Positions 9,395-19,573 are shown, counted from the stretch's first letter. The stretch is 64,000 nucleotides of DNA from Chloroflexota bacterium (GCA_028873795.1 JAPPNP010000014.1:76209-140208); one strand, 5' to 3'. Notes: generated by a model from the sequence alone, not told the origin. Numbers and translations: made by a program.

Positions 9395-10844
9395 GCCTGC
9401 CACCGCCGCCGCCGGATTGATCGGCTTGGGCGTCATGGGTCGAAACCTCGCGCTCAACATCGCCTCCCGAGAATTCCCGCTCGCGGTCTACAACCGCACC
9501 TACAGCCGGACGACCCGGTTTCTGGAGCGAGAGGCCTCCGAATTTGACATCCAGGGTGTCGAGGATCTGGAAGACTTCGTCGCCGCCCTGGAGCGCCCAC
9601 GGCGGGTGATCCTGATGGTCGATGCCGGTCGCGCGGTCGATGCGGTTCTCGACCAGCTCATCCCGCTGCTGGATCCCGACGACACCATCGTTGACGGCGG
9701 CAACTCGTTCTACGTCGACACCGAGCGCCGCATCGACGTGGTCGAGGGCGCCCGGATGCGCTACCTGGGAACCGGCATCAGCGGCGGGGAGACGGGCGCG
9801 CGCTACGGCCCCTCGATCATGCCCGGCGGCGACGAGCGCGCCTACGCGCGACTCGAGCCCATCCTCACCCGGATCGCCGCGCAGGTGGACGACGGCCCCT
9901 GCGTGACCCACGTGGGCCGCCGAAGCGCCGGCCATTATGTCAAGATGGTCCACAACGGCATCGAATACGGCGACATGCAGCTCATCGCCGAGGCCTATAG
10001 CTACCTGGCCGCGGCGGGCTACGCGCCGGATGAGCTGGCCGACGTCTTCGGCGCGTGGAACGAAGGCATCCTCGAGTCCTATCTGATTGAAATCACGGCG
10101 GACATCTTCAAGGTGCGCGACGCCGACGGTGACGGATTCCTCGTCGACGCCATCCTCGATCAGGCCGGCCAAAAGGGCACCGGTCGCTGGACATCGCGCG
10201 ACGCGCTCGATCTGGGCACGCCCATCCCCACCATCGACGCCGCCGTCTGGTCGCGCCATATTTCGGCGCTCAAGGACGAGCGCGTCGTCGCGGCGCCCGT
10301 GCTCCGGGCCGGCGGCGCACCGCGGATCGAACGCTTCGATGGCCTGGTCGAGTGCGTGCGCCAGGCGCTCTACGCGGCCAAGGTGTGCTCCTACGCCCAG
10401 GGCATGTCCCTCCTGCGCGCCGCGTCCGAGGCCTACGCCTACGAGCTAACGCTCGCGGAGCTGGCGCGCATCTGGAAGGGCGGCTGCATCATTCGCGCCC
10501 GCCTGCTGGGCGACATCCAACGGGCCTTCACCGCCGACCCGGCGCTCGGAAATCTCCTGCTCGACGAGGAGTTCCGGTCGCAGCTCGGCGAAGCGGACGA
10601 GGGCTGGCGACGGGTTGTGACCAGCGCCAAGAATGCCGGTCTTCCATTCGCCGCCATGAGCGCGTCGCTGGACTACTACGACGCCTACCGCTCGGACCGG
10701 CTGCCGATGAACCTCACGCAAGCCCAGCGCGACTACTTCGGCGCGCACACCTATCGGCGCATCGATCGGGGTGGCGTGTTTCACACGCAATGGGAGCAGG
10801 GAGCGGACACGGGCGCCGCCAGCAGCGATCCGGTCGACGCGTGA
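9393..10844 (+). CDS. gnd: 6-phosphogluconate dehydrogenase (decarboxylating)
   Basis: 483 aa; GLIGLGVMGRNLALN Rossmann N-terminus and full-length similarity to NADP-dependent 6PGDH. Confidence 0.92.
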   Translation: MPATAAAGLIGLGVMGRNLALNIASREFPLAVYNRTYSRTTRFLEREASEFDIQGVEDLEDFVAALERPRRVILMVDAGRAVDAVLDQLIPLLDPDDTIVDGGNSFYVDTERRIDVVEGARMRYLGTGISGGETGARYGPSIMPGGDERAYARLEPILTRIAAQVDDGPCVTHVGRRSAGHYVKMVHNGIEYGDMQLIAEAYSYLAAAGYAPDELADVFGAWNEGILESYLIEITADIFKVRDADGDGFLVDAILDQAGQKGTGRWTSRDALDLGTPIPTIDAAVWSRHISALKDERVVAAPVLRAGGAPRIERFDGLVECVRQALYAAKVCSYAQGMSLLRAASEAYAYELTLAELARIWKGGCIIRARLLGDIQRAFTADPALGNLLLDEEFRSQLGEADEGWRRVVTSAKNAGLPFAAMSASLDYYDAYRSDRLPMNLTQAQRDYFGAHTYRRIDRGGVFHTQWEQGADTGAASSDPVDA

Positions 10845-10892
10845 TGGGTCACGAGCCATTCAGGTCAAAGGCGGGGGTTTTCAAGGAAGCGG

Positions 10893-11003
10893 TCAGGGCA
10901 GCCACAAGGGCTGCCCCTACATGTGTCGTTTCCGCGTAGGGGCGCCCCTGGTGGGCGCCCTGGCCTCCGCCGAGCCCCGGTGGCCCACGCTGCGCGCAGC
11001 GTG
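10893..11003. repeat. composite palindromic repeat element (module C: GGGCAGCCACAAGGGCTGCCCCTACA ... GCGTAGGGGCGCCCC ... CCACGCTGCGCGCAGCGTGGG)
   Basis: About 110 bp element between the convergent gnd and formamidase genes; a second copy lies at 54451-54569 with over 85% identity by eye; contains three perfect or near-perfect hairpins and may act as a bidirectional terminator. Confidence 0.65.
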
Positions 11004-11041
11004 GGATCGGTTCCGCTCGTCGCGGCGTCGGTTCGAAGGTC

Positions 11042-11944
11042 CTAGAGGGCCAACTTCGGAAACCGAGCGTAGGCGCTCACGGGCACGCCGTACCCCCCGG
11101 CTTGCCCGAGTCTGAGGTCCACCGCCGCCCCAACGAGCATGCGGGCCTGCGTTGGCGTCACGCCGAGATCCTGTATCAGACGTTCTTCCATCCCGGACGT
11201 GGCCTGCTGCAGCGCCCCCGTGAGGTCGTCGGCGACGCCCACGGTCATCACATGCGTCGCTGTCTCGAACCAGGGCCGCGCTAGCACCTCGCCGCTGAGG
11301 ACATCGAGCGTCACGTCGATCTCGGCGGTGATGTTGACGCCGGAGTGCGCCTCGCCGTCGCCCATGGTGGCGTGAACATCGCCGATGCCGAAGAGCGCGC
11401 CCAGCACCCGCACCGGCAAGTAGACCGTGGTGCCCGCCGCGATCTCGTTGAAGTCCAGGTTCCCGCCGTGGTCGCCAAGGCTGAGGGCCATGATGCTGCC
11501 CGTGGCCGGCGCCACGCCGATCGTGCCCACCATTGGACGCGTCGGCAGCTTCACGCGGCCGGCAAACCGCACCTCGTCGCCGCGCACGTCAAATGGCTCG
11601 ATGCCCGGTTCCCGTGGTTGATCGCCGAGAATCCCCGTGCCCGGTAGCGCCGCCACGTATCCGCGTGGCGAAAGACGAATGGCCTCGATCTGCACGCGCA
11701 GGGTGTCGCCCGGGGCGGCGTCCCTCACGCCGATCGGCCCCGTGCAGGGGTTCATGCGACCCGGCGTGCGTCGTCGGGCGAAGGCCGCGACGTCCAAATC
11801 GTCGCAATGCCCGTCGTAGGCGTCGCGAGCCTCGACGGTGAGTTCGGCGTGCGAGGGAACCCAGGCGATCGGCGTGGCGTCGGCGTCGAACTCGCAGGTC
11901 GCGTGGCGCTCCGAGATGCGCTGACGCTGGACTTCTGAACTCAC
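11042..11944 (-). CDS. acetamidase/formamidase family protein (FmdA_AmdA)
   Basis: 300 aa with family-typical conserved segments; ATGA overlap with uvrC. Confidence 0.8.
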   Translation of the reverse strand: MSSEVQRQRISERHATCEFDADATPIAWVPSHAELTVEARDAYDGHCDDLDVAAFARRRTPGRMNPCTGPIGVRDAAPGDTLRVQIEAIRLSPRGYVAALPGTGILGDQPREPGIEPFDVRGDEVRFAGRVKLPTRPMVGTIGVAPATGSIMALSLGDHGGNLDFNEIAAGTTVYLPVRVLGALFGIGDVHATMGDGEAHSGVNITAEIDVTLDVLSGEVLARPWFETATHVMTVGVADDLTGALQQATSGMEERLIQDLGVTPTQARMLVGAAVDLRLGQAGGYGVPVSAYARFPKLAL

Positions 11945-13899
11945 AGTGCCTCCTTCAGCGCGCGCGCGGCGCTGGCGGTCATGCCGTCCACGGTTGCGAG
12001 TTCGGTCGCCGAAGCTTGCCGAATCCGCTCGAGCGAGCCGAAAGCCCGGATCAGCGCTCGCTTGCGCTTCGGGCCGATGCCCGGGATCTCATCCAGGATC
12101 GATCGCCGCCCCTTCTTAGTGCGCAGTTTGATGTGGAAGCTCACCGCGAACCGATGCGCCTCGTCCCGGATTCGTTGCACCAATCGCATGCCGTCGCTGT
12201 CGTGGGGAAGCAGAATCGGCCCCGAGCGCCCCGGCACGAACAGCTCTTCGCGTTGCTTGGCGATTGCAGCCAGGGGGATCTCCGCCGGATCGAGGCCGAA
12301 CTCCCGGAACACGTCCAACGCGGCACTCAGCTGGCCCTTGCCGCCGTCGATGAGGACGAGGTCCGGAACCGAGCCCCACTCGTTGCTCGAACCGGCCGTC
12401 ACGTTGCTCGGCGCGGGCAACTCCGCGTCGGCGTCCATCTCGTGCAGCGGAACGGCAGCCAGCGCCCGCGGTCGCAACGTGCCGTCGGATGCCGCTCCAG
12501 CGGCGGCATTTTCCGTATACCGTGCAAAGCGGCGCCGCAGCACCTCGCGCATGGATTCGAAGTCGTCGTTTCCAGGCGCGCTTCGCACCTTGAAGCGCCG
12601 ATACTTGCCCTTCTTGGCCACCCCATCTTCGAAGACCACTAGGGAGCCCACGACCAGCGACCCTTGAATGTGGGAGATGTCGTAGGCCTCGATGCGCCGG
12701 GGCAGCCGTTCCAGTGCCAGCGCCGTGCCGACTTCGAGCAGGGCCTGGCGGAGCTTGCGGCCGGAGTTGAGCCAGCGGGTGCGCTCAATCTGCAGCGTCT
12801 CGCGCACGTTCCGGGCGGCCATGGCCACGAGCTTGCGCTTCTGGCCGCGCTGCGGGGCGCGCACTTCCACCTTGGCGCCGCGCATGGCGCTCAGCCATGC
12901 GGCCAGCGGCTCGGGATCCGACAGCCGCGCCGAGGTGAGCACCAGCAGCGGCACTTCGGGCGCGCGGTCGTAGTACTCGCGCACAAAGTCGTCGAGCATT
13001 TCGCCGTCGGTCTCCTCGCCGGTCACCGCGAGCTCGTAGGCGCCGCGCCCGATCATCTTCCCGCCGCGGATTCGCAGCACGGTTGCCTGGGCCTCACGCC
13101 CTTCACGCGCCACGGCGATGACGTCAATCTGGCCGCCGCGAAGGTCCGTGATTTTCTGCTCGGCCACGACTTTGTCGATCGCCCGCAGCCGGTCGCGATG
13201 CTTGGCGGCTCCCTCGTAGTCGTGAGCCTCGGCGGCGCTCCACATCTGGTCGGTGAGTTGCTCCACGACGTGGTCATAGTCGCCGCGCATGAACCCAATC
13301 GCGCCGTCGACCACGGCGGTGTACTCCTCGACGGTGCAGTAGCGCGTGCAGGGCGCGATGCACAGACCCAGGTGGTATTTCAGGCACGGCCGCGGGATGG
13401 GCGTGCCCATGTCGATGGTGCACGTGCGATAGGGGAAGAGCCGGTTGAGCAGCTTGAGCGTCTGACGGACCGACTTGGCGCTCGTGAACGGGCCGAAATA
13501 CAGCGCGCCGTCTTTGAGAATGCGGCGGGTGGTACCGACTCTCGGGTAGATCTCGTCGACCGTGATCTTGACGTAGAGGTAGCCCTTGTCGTCGCGAAAC
13601 GTGACGTTGAACGGCGGACGGTGCTCCTTGATCAGGTTGTTCTCGAGCAAGAGCGCCTCGACCTCGGAATCGGTGACGATGATGTCCAGATCCGCCACGC
13701 GCTGAACTAGGGAGATCGTCTTGGCCGTTCGATCGCCGCGCCGGAAATAGCTGCGCACGCGGCTCCGGAGCGAGCGCGCCTTGCCGATGTACACGATGTC
13801 GCTCTGCGCACCGCGCATGAGGTAGACGCCCGGTGCGTCGGGCAGCCCGGCGAGCTTTTCTTCGACCGAGGCACTGACCGCGGCAGGCACGCTGAACAA
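11941..13899 (-). CDS. uvrC: excinuclease ABC subunit C
   Basis: 652 aa; GIY-YIG N-terminus (GVYLMRGAQSDIVYIGKARSLRSRVRSYF), UvrBC-interaction region and C-terminal HhH. Confidence 0.95.
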   Translation of the reverse strand: MFSVPAAVSASVEEKLAGLPDAPGVYLMRGAQSDIVYIGKARSLRSRVRSYFRRGDRTAKTISLVQRVADLDIIVTDSEVEALLLENNLIKEHRPPFNVTFRDDKGYLYVKITVDEIYPRVGTTRRILKDGALYFGPFTSAKSVRQTLKLLNRLFPYRTCTIDMGTPIPRPCLKYHLGLCIAPCTRYCTVEEYTAVVDGAIGFMRGDYDHVVEQLTDQMWSAAEAHDYEGAAKHRDRLRAIDKVVAEQKITDLRGGQIDVIAVAREGREAQATVLRIRGGKMIGRGAYELAVTGEETDGEMLDDFVREYYDRAPEVPLLVLTSARLSDPEPLAAWLSAMRGAKVEVRAPQRGQKRKLVAMAARNVRETLQIERTRWLNSGRKLRQALLEVGTALALERLPRRIEAYDISHIQGSLVVGSLVVFEDGVAKKGKYRRFKVRSAPGNDDFESMREVLRRRFARYTENAAAGAASDGTLRPRALAAVPLHEMDADAELPAPSNVTAGSSNEWGSVPDLVLIDGGKGQLSAALDVFREFGLDPAEIPLAAIAKQREELFVPGRSGPILLPHDSDGMRLVQRIRDEAHRFAVSFHIKLRTKKGRRSILDEIPGIGPKRKRALIRAFGSLERIRQASATELATVDGMTASAARALKEAL

Positions 13900-14074
13900 T
13901 CTCCCTGTGGGCGTGCGACGGAATGCGCATCCCTTGTCGATTCTAGTGCGATGTCGCCGCCCTCGATCGCCGGTTCGACGGAGAATTGGTGAGACATCGC
14001 CGTGGAAACACCGACCGCGCGGGTAGAATGCCGAACAGTCGTCTAGATCCGTGGGCCGTTGAGCCCGCGCGCCC

Positions 14075-15259
14075 GTGAACTATCCGCGCCTGCCCACCAT
14101 CCTCATCGCCCTGGGGATTGCCGTCGCCGCCATTTGGCTGCTGCAGTTCCTGTGGGGGCTGATTGGAAACTTCGCAGCCCTGGTGGTGACGCTGCTCCTC
14201 GCCTGGATCATCAACCTCATCGCCCTCGAGCCGGTTCGGTTCATGCGCCGATTTCGGATGCCGCGGGCGCTCGCAGCCACCCTGGTGTATCTGGTGTTCG
14301 CCGGCGTCACGGCGCTCACCGCATTCTTCATCCTGCCGCCGCTCTTCGCCGAAATCGGACGTGCCGCCGGCAATCTGACGGCGGGTACCGCGAATGCCAC
14401 GCAAGTCCTTGAAAACCTGCACGCCCAGCTCCTGCAATGGGGCGTGCCGCAGGACACGGTGACCGAGGTGGTGACCGGTTTCAACGCGCAGATCATCACC
14501 CTGGGTCAGGACATCGCCGCAGGCATTCTGGCGTCGACCGGAGCCGTCCTTGGCGGACTCGGCCTGGCCATCCTGACTTTGATCATTTCGTTCTACATCC
14601 TGTTGGGATGGGACACGAACCTGCAGCGGCTGCGCCGCGAATTGCCCGCGGAGTGGCGCGCGCGGTTCGACCGGGGCATTCGTTACGCGGAGCGCACGTT
14701 CGGCGGCTGGCTCGGCGGACAGGCGGTGGCCTCGACCATCTGGGGCGGCGCGGTGGTGCTGATCTTCTTCATCGCCGACATGCCGTTCGGCCTGCTGGTC
14801 GCCGTCGCCACGGGCTTGCTCATGTTCATCCCGTTCTTCGGCCTGGCCGCCGGCATCGGACTCCCCATCGTGATCGCCCTGACCATACGGGTCGATCTGG
14901 CGATCTGGGTGGGCATCAGCGTGGCCGTCACCTCCCTGGTCATCGAAAACATCGTCAAGCCCCGGGTCATGGGCACCGCCCTTGGAGTCAATCCGCTGAT
15001 CGTGATTCTGAGCGTGATCATCGGCGGTGTCGCGGCAGGATTCTGGGGCATCGTGTTCGGCATCCCGATCGGCGCCCTGATTTGGACCTTCGTGCGCTGG
15101 GGCACCCTCGAAGTGCTCCATGCGCAAGCCCGCCTGCTTGAGCACCCGGATGAGCCGTCGGCGCAGCCAGCCGCCGCGTCGGCGGAACAAGCCGACGGGG
15201 CCAACGGTGCGCCGTTGCCCGAAGAGGCCGAAGAGCCTTCACAAGGGGTTCGCGCATAA
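14075..15259 (+). CDS. AI-2E family transporter (UPF0118/PerM)
   Basis: 394 aa polytopic membrane protein with AI-2E topology and an acidic C-terminal tail. Confidence 0.85.
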   Translation: MNYPRLPTILIALGIAVAAIWLLQFLWGLIGNFAALVVTLLLAWIINLIALEPVRFMRRFRMPRALAATLVYLVFAGVTALTAFFILPPLFAEIGRAAGNLTAGTANATQVLENLHAQLLQWGVPQDTVTEVVTGFNAQIITLGQDIAAGILASTGAVLGGLGLAILTLIISFYILLGWDTNLQRLRRELPAEWRARFDRGIRYAERTFGGWLGGQAVASTIWGGAVVLIFFIADMPFGLLVAVATGLLMFIPFFGLAAGIGLPIVIALTIRVDLAIWVGISVAVTSLVIENIVKPRVMGTALGVNPLIVILSVIIGGVAAGFWGIVFGIPIGALIWTFVRWGTLEVLHAQARLLEHPDEPSAQPAAASAEQADGANGAPLPEEAEEPSQGVRA

Positions 15260-15312
15260 GGCCGCTTGTCCGGATTCTCAAATATGTCCGGCCGCATTGG
15301 CGATGGGCGCTG

Positions 15313-17022
15313 TTGTCGCTCGCCATGTGGGGCGTCGCGACCGCAATGGACCTGCTGATTCCGCAGGTGATCGCGCGCGTCATCGACGAGGGCATCAGGG
15401 CCGGCGACCGCGAGCGTCTCGCTGCCCTGGTGGGGCTGACGGCGGCCCTGATTTTCGTGCGTGGCGCCGGCTTCTTCTTCACCCGCATGACCATGCGCGT
15501 CTATGAAACGCGGGTCGCGTCGCGCATGCGCCTCGACTTCTACGCGCACCTGCAACGACTTCCGTTCAGCTACTACGACCGCGTGGACAGCGGCGACATC
15601 ATCACCCGCGCCGTGAGCGACCTGAACCGCGCCCGAATGTTCGCCGGCGTTGGGGTGACGGAGACGGTGCGCATCCTTGGGCTCTACGTCGCAATCATCG
15701 TGGGCATGGCCCTCACCAGCGCGACGTTGACGCTGATGGTGGTTCCGGTGCTCGTGGTCCTGGCGGGCATGTCGGTGTGGTACGGAAAGCTCGTGCGGCC
15801 GATGTGGCAGCGCATTCAGCAGCAGAACGCCGCCCTGACCCGGGTGCTGTCCGAGAACCTCAACGGCGTGCGGGTCGTGAAGGCCTTCGCCACCGAGGCC
15901 GCGGAAGTCGAGACCTTCGGACGCGCAGCCAACGAGCTGTTCGAGCGCTCGATGCGTCCGGCGCAGCTCCGGGCTCGGCTGATGCCCGCCATGCTGGCCG
16001 TCGCCGGCATCGGCACCGTCATCGTCCTCGGGGTCGGCGGGCGCCTCGCGCTCGAAGGCACGGTCTCCGTGGGCGTCCTGGTGGCGTTCTACTACTACTT
16101 CGCCCGGCTGATTCCGCCCACGCAGCAATTGGGATTCGTGGTCCAGCGCATTGCCATCGCCATGGCGTCGGGGGGACGCGTGTTCGAGCTGCTCGACGAG
16201 CCGGTTCGCATAGCCTCGCCGCCGAACGCTCATGCGCCGGATCGGGTGACCGGTCATGTCGAGCTTGACTCTGTGAACCTGGCTTACGGACGCCGCGAGC
16301 CCGTCCTGCACGACGTCAGCGCAAACATCCCGGCAGGATCAGTGGTCGGCATCGTCGGCCCCACGGGATCGGGCAAGAGCAGCCTGACCCAGCTCATCCC
16401 GCGCTACTACGACGCCACCTCGGGCGCAGTGCGGCTCGACGGCGCCGACGTGCGCCAGTACGACCTGACGTCCCTTCGACGTCAGGTGACCATCGTCCCG
16501 CAGGACGCCATGCTGTTCTCCGACACCGTGCGCAATAACCTCGCCTACGGGGATCCCACGGCGGATACGGGCCGGATCGTCGCCGCGGCGCGCGACGCCC
16601 AGGCGCTGGACTTCATTCAAGATTTGCCCGAAGGCTTCGAAACCGTGGTGGGGGAGCGCGGCGTGGGGTTGAGCGGCGGCCAGCGGCAGCGCGTCACCAT
16701 CGCCCGCGCGCTGCTCACGGAAGCGCCGGTGCTGATCCTCGACGATGCGACGGCCAGCGTGGATACGCAGACCGAACGCCGCATTCAGGAAGCCCTGCGG
16801 TCGCGGGCGCAGGGACGCACTACCTTCGTCATTTCCCAGCGCGTGAGCTCCGTGCAAGACGCGGATCAGATTCTTGTGATCGAGGACGGCCGCGTGACCG
16901 ACCGCGGCACGCACGACGAGCTGGAGGCTCGCCCGGGCTTCTATCGCGAACTGGTCGAGCGGCAGCGTCGGTCAGATCTCCCTCCAGCAGAGGCGGTCGG
17001 CAGCACCGTGGGTTCGAGCTAG
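15313..17022 (+). CDS. ABC exporter, fused permease/ATPase subunit (heterodimer partner 1)
   Basis: Six-TM domain plus Walker A (GPTGSGKSS), ABC signature (LSGGQRQR) and Walker B (ILDDATASVD); the annotated start is TTG 15313, but conserved N-terminal sequence (LKYVRPHWRWALLSL) is encoded in frame upstream, so the true start is probably non-canonical or upstream. Confidence 0.85.
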   Translation: MSLAMWGVATAMDLLIPQVIARVIDEGIRAGDRERLAALVGLTAALIFVRGAGFFFTRMTMRVYETRVASRMRLDFYAHLQRLPFSYYDRVDSGDIITRAVSDLNRARMFAGVGVTETVRILGLYVAIIVGMALTSATLTLMVVPVLVVLAGMSVWYGKLVRPMWQRIQQQNAALTRVLSENLNGVRVVKAFATEAAEVETFGRAANELFERSMRPAQLRARLMPAMLAVAGIGTVIVLGVGGRLALEGTVSVGVLVAFYYYFARLIPPTQQLGFVVQRIAIAMASGGRVFELLDEPVRIASPPNAHAPDRVTGHVELDSVNLAYGRREPVLHDVSANIPAGSVVGIVGPTGSGKSSLTQLIPRYYDATSGAVRLDGADVRQYDLTSLRRQVTIVPQDAMLFSDTVRNNLAYGDPTADTGRIVAAARDAQALDFIQDLPEGFETVVGERGVGLSGGQRQRVTIARALLTEAPVLILDDATASVDTQTERRIQEALRSRAQGRTTFVISQRVSSVQDADQILVIEDGRVTDRGTHDELEARPGFYRELVERQRRSDLPPAEAVGSTVGSS

Positions 17023-17032
17023 GCGCGTCGCG

Positions 17033-18877
17033 ATGGCAGTGAGCGGAGCGGACGCCCGCGGCACCTTTGCCGAAGAGTCGGCCGAGGCGCCGGGCCTCGA
17101 CGCCCGAGTGGCGAAGAGGCTCCTCGCAATGCTCGCCGCGGACCGGCGACGCATGAGCATCGCGGTCACGGCGCTCCTCGCCGTTGCTGGATTCGGCGTG
17201 CTGCAGCCCGTCATCATCGGCCGGGCGCTCGACGACGGGGTGCTGGCGGGCGATGGCACCGTGCTGCTATTCGCCGTCATCGCGTATGCGGCGGTGACGC
17301 TGGGCCATGGAGTCGCCATGGGCGTCCAGCGTCAGTTGACTGCACGCCTGGGCAACCAGCTGCTGCATCGCCTGCGCACCGGAGTATTCCAGCACTATCA
17401 GCGCCTCTCGCTGGGATTCTTCGATCGCCAGATCACCGGACGCTTGATCAGCCGCATCGTGTCGGACATCGAGGCAATCGGCGAGGTGCTCACCGAAGGC
17501 GTGCTCGGCGCCGCGGCCGACGTCGCTCTGCTGGTGGGAATCCTGGTCGCCATGAGCCTGCTGAGCTGGCAGCTCACCCTGCTCTGCCTGGTGGTGACGC
17601 CGCTGCTCTACGTCAGCGCCCGGCTGGTCGCCTCCCTGGCACGCCGCTGGTACCGCACCATGCGGGCGCGCACGTCGACGCTCAATGGCGTGCTCGCCGA
17701 GTCCGTGCTCGGTATGCGCATCACGCAGGCCTTTGCCCGCGAGGACGTCAATCTCGAGCGGTTCGACGTGGTCAACCAGTCGCAGCTCCAGGCCCAGTTC
17801 CGCACCTTCACCATCTCGTCGGCCACGGTGCCGGTCGTCGAAGTCTTCACCGCCGCGGCCACGGGGCTGGTGCTGTGGTTCGGCGGGAGCTTCGTGATCG
17901 ACGGCATCGACGGCATGACGGTAGGACTCGTCGCCACGTTTGCGCTGTTCATCGAGCGCTTCTTCGCACCAATCCAGGAGCTCGCCACGCGCTATGAAAC
18001 GCTGCAGAGCGCCATGGCGTCGGGCGAGCGCATCTTCGAAGTTTTGGACCTCGAACCGGGAATCACCGATGCCCCCGACGCGCGCGAGCTTGGCGAGATC
18101 AGAGGCGAAATACAGTTCAGAGACGTCAGGTTCGGCTACGACCCCGAGACGCCGGTGCTGCACGGCATCGATCTGCACGCCCGGCCCGGCGACACCATCG
18201 CGCTTGTCGGCGCAACCGGCGCCGGCAAGACCACGATTATCAACCTGCTCTTCCGGTTCTACGACGTCACGTCGGGCTCGGTTACGGTCGACGGGCACGA
18301 CGTCCGGAACGTCACACAGCAGTCACTGCGACGCCGCATGGCGCTCGTGCTTCAAGAGCCGACACTCTTCAGCGGCAGCATCCACGACAACATTGCGTAT
18401 GGCCGGCCAACGGCATCGCGCAAGGACGTAGAGGCCGCCGCGCAAGCCGTTGGGCTGCACGGCTTCGTGGAGTCGCTGCCGTTTGGCTACGACACGCAGA
18501 TCGAAGAGCGCGGCGGCGGGCTGTCCATTGGGCAGCGGCAACTGGTGTCCTTTGCGCGGGCGCTACTGCTGGACCCACGCGTGCTGGTGCTGGACGAGGC
18601 GACGAGCGCCGTGGACGCCCAGACCGAGGCGTACATCCAGCGCGGTCTGGAAACGCTCATGGCCGGGCGGACGGCCATCGTGATCGCGCACCGGCTGTCG
18701 ACGGTGCAGCGGGCGACGGAGATTCTCGTCCTGGAACATGGCCGCATCGTGGAGCGCGGAACGCACGCCGAGCTCCTGGACCTGCGCGGGCTCTATCACG
18801 GCCTGCACACGCTGGGACTTGGCACGATGGATGAGCTCGATAGCGCCACAGTTCGGCGAAGCAGCAGGGACTCATGA
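17033..18877 (+). CDS. ABC exporter, fused permease/ATPase subunit (heterodimer partner 2)
   Basis: 614 aa; TM domain plus Walker A (GATGAGKTT), signature (LSIGQRQL) and Walker B (VLDEATSAVD); 10 bp after partner 1. Confidence 0.9.
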   Translation: MAVSGADARGTFAEESAEAPGLDARVAKRLLAMLAADRRRMSIAVTALLAVAGFGVLQPVIIGRALDDGVLAGDGTVLLFAVIAYAAVTLGHGVAMGVQRQLTARLGNQLLHRLRTGVFQHYQRLSLGFFDRQITGRLISRIVSDIEAIGEVLTEGVLGAAADVALLVGILVAMSLLSWQLTLLCLVVTPLLYVSARLVASLARRWYRTMRARTSTLNGVLAESVLGMRITQAFAREDVNLERFDVVNQSQLQAQFRTFTISSATVPVVEVFTAAATGLVLWFGGSFVIDGIDGMTVGLVATFALFIERFFAPIQELATRYETLQSAMASGERIFEVLDLEPGITDAPDARELGEIRGEIQFRDVRFGYDPETPVLHGIDLHARPGDTIALVGATGAGKTTIINLLFRFYDVTSGSVTVDGHDVRNVTQQSLRRRMALVLQEPTLFSGSIHDNIAYGRPTASRKDVEAAAQAVGLHGFVESLPFGYDTQIEERGGGLSIGQRQLVSFARALLLDPRVLVLDEATSAVDAQTEAYIQRGLETLMAGRTAIVIAHRLSTVQRATEILVLEHGRIVERGTHAELLDLRGLYHGLHTLGLGTMDELDSATVRRSSRDS

Positions 18878-19563
18878 ACGCGAGGGACGATTGGAACCCA
18901 ATTCCGGCGCCGCTGGCGCACCTTGTGGTTCCGCCGCGGAGCCACTCGGAGAGCTACGCCCTGCTCGTGCTGCTCCACGGTCTCGGGGCCGACGCGCACG
19001 ATCTGCTGCCGCTCGCCGACGAGCTTGGGCGCGACGACTTACTCGTTTTGGCCGCGCAGGCGCCCTACACGCTCGCCGGCCCCTTTGGCACGGGATACGC
19101 CTGGTATGACATGCACGACGTCGGCGACCCCGACCCAACGACCTTCGCGCCCAGCCTGGCGCAGCTGCGTGAGTTCCTCGACGCCGCCGTGGCGGGATAT
19201 CCCGTCGACAGCGACCGCGTCTTCTTGCTCGGCTTCAGCCAGGGCGCGGTGATGTCGCTCGCCACGGCCCTCACGGACCCGGGGCGCTTGGCCGGCGTCA
19301 TCGCGCTGAGCGGCTATCTCCCAGAGGCCATCAGCGAGGCTGAAGGGAGAAGCGTCGACAACCTCCCCGTCTTCATTGGTCACGGCGCCGCAGATCCGCT
19401 GATATCCGTGACCGAAGGCCTCAAGGCCCGCGACGTCCTAACCGCCGCGGGCGCCGATGTGACCTATCGCGAATACTCCGTGGAGCACCGGATAGCGCCG
19501 AACGAGCTGGACGACATTCGCCACTGGCTCGACGCCCGACTCAACGCCACCGCGCCCCGGTAG
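18874..19563 (+). CDS. phospholipase/carboxylesterase family alpha/beta hydrolase
   Basis: 229 aa; GFSQGA nucleophile-elbow motif; ATGA overlap with the preceding ABC gene. Confidence 0.75.
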   Translation: MNARDDWNPIPAPLAHLVVPPRSHSESYALLVLLHGLGADAHDLLPLADELGRDDLLVLAAQAPYTLAGPFGTGYAWYDMHDVGDPDPTTFAPSLAQLREFLDAAVAGYPVDSDRVFLLGFSQGAVMSLATALTDPGRLAGVIALSGYLPEAISEAEGRSVDNLPVFIGHGAADPLISVTEGLKARDVLTAAGADVTYREYSVEHRIAPNELDDIRHWLDARLNATAPR

Positions 19564-19573
19564 ACGGCCACGG

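Noticed and set aside
9195-10259. 354-aa minus-strand ORF
   Set aside because: It lies antisense to gnd.
13943-15190. 415-aa minus-strand ORF
   Set aside because: It lies antisense to the AI-2E transporter and is extremely D/E/H/R/G-rich and non-protein-like.
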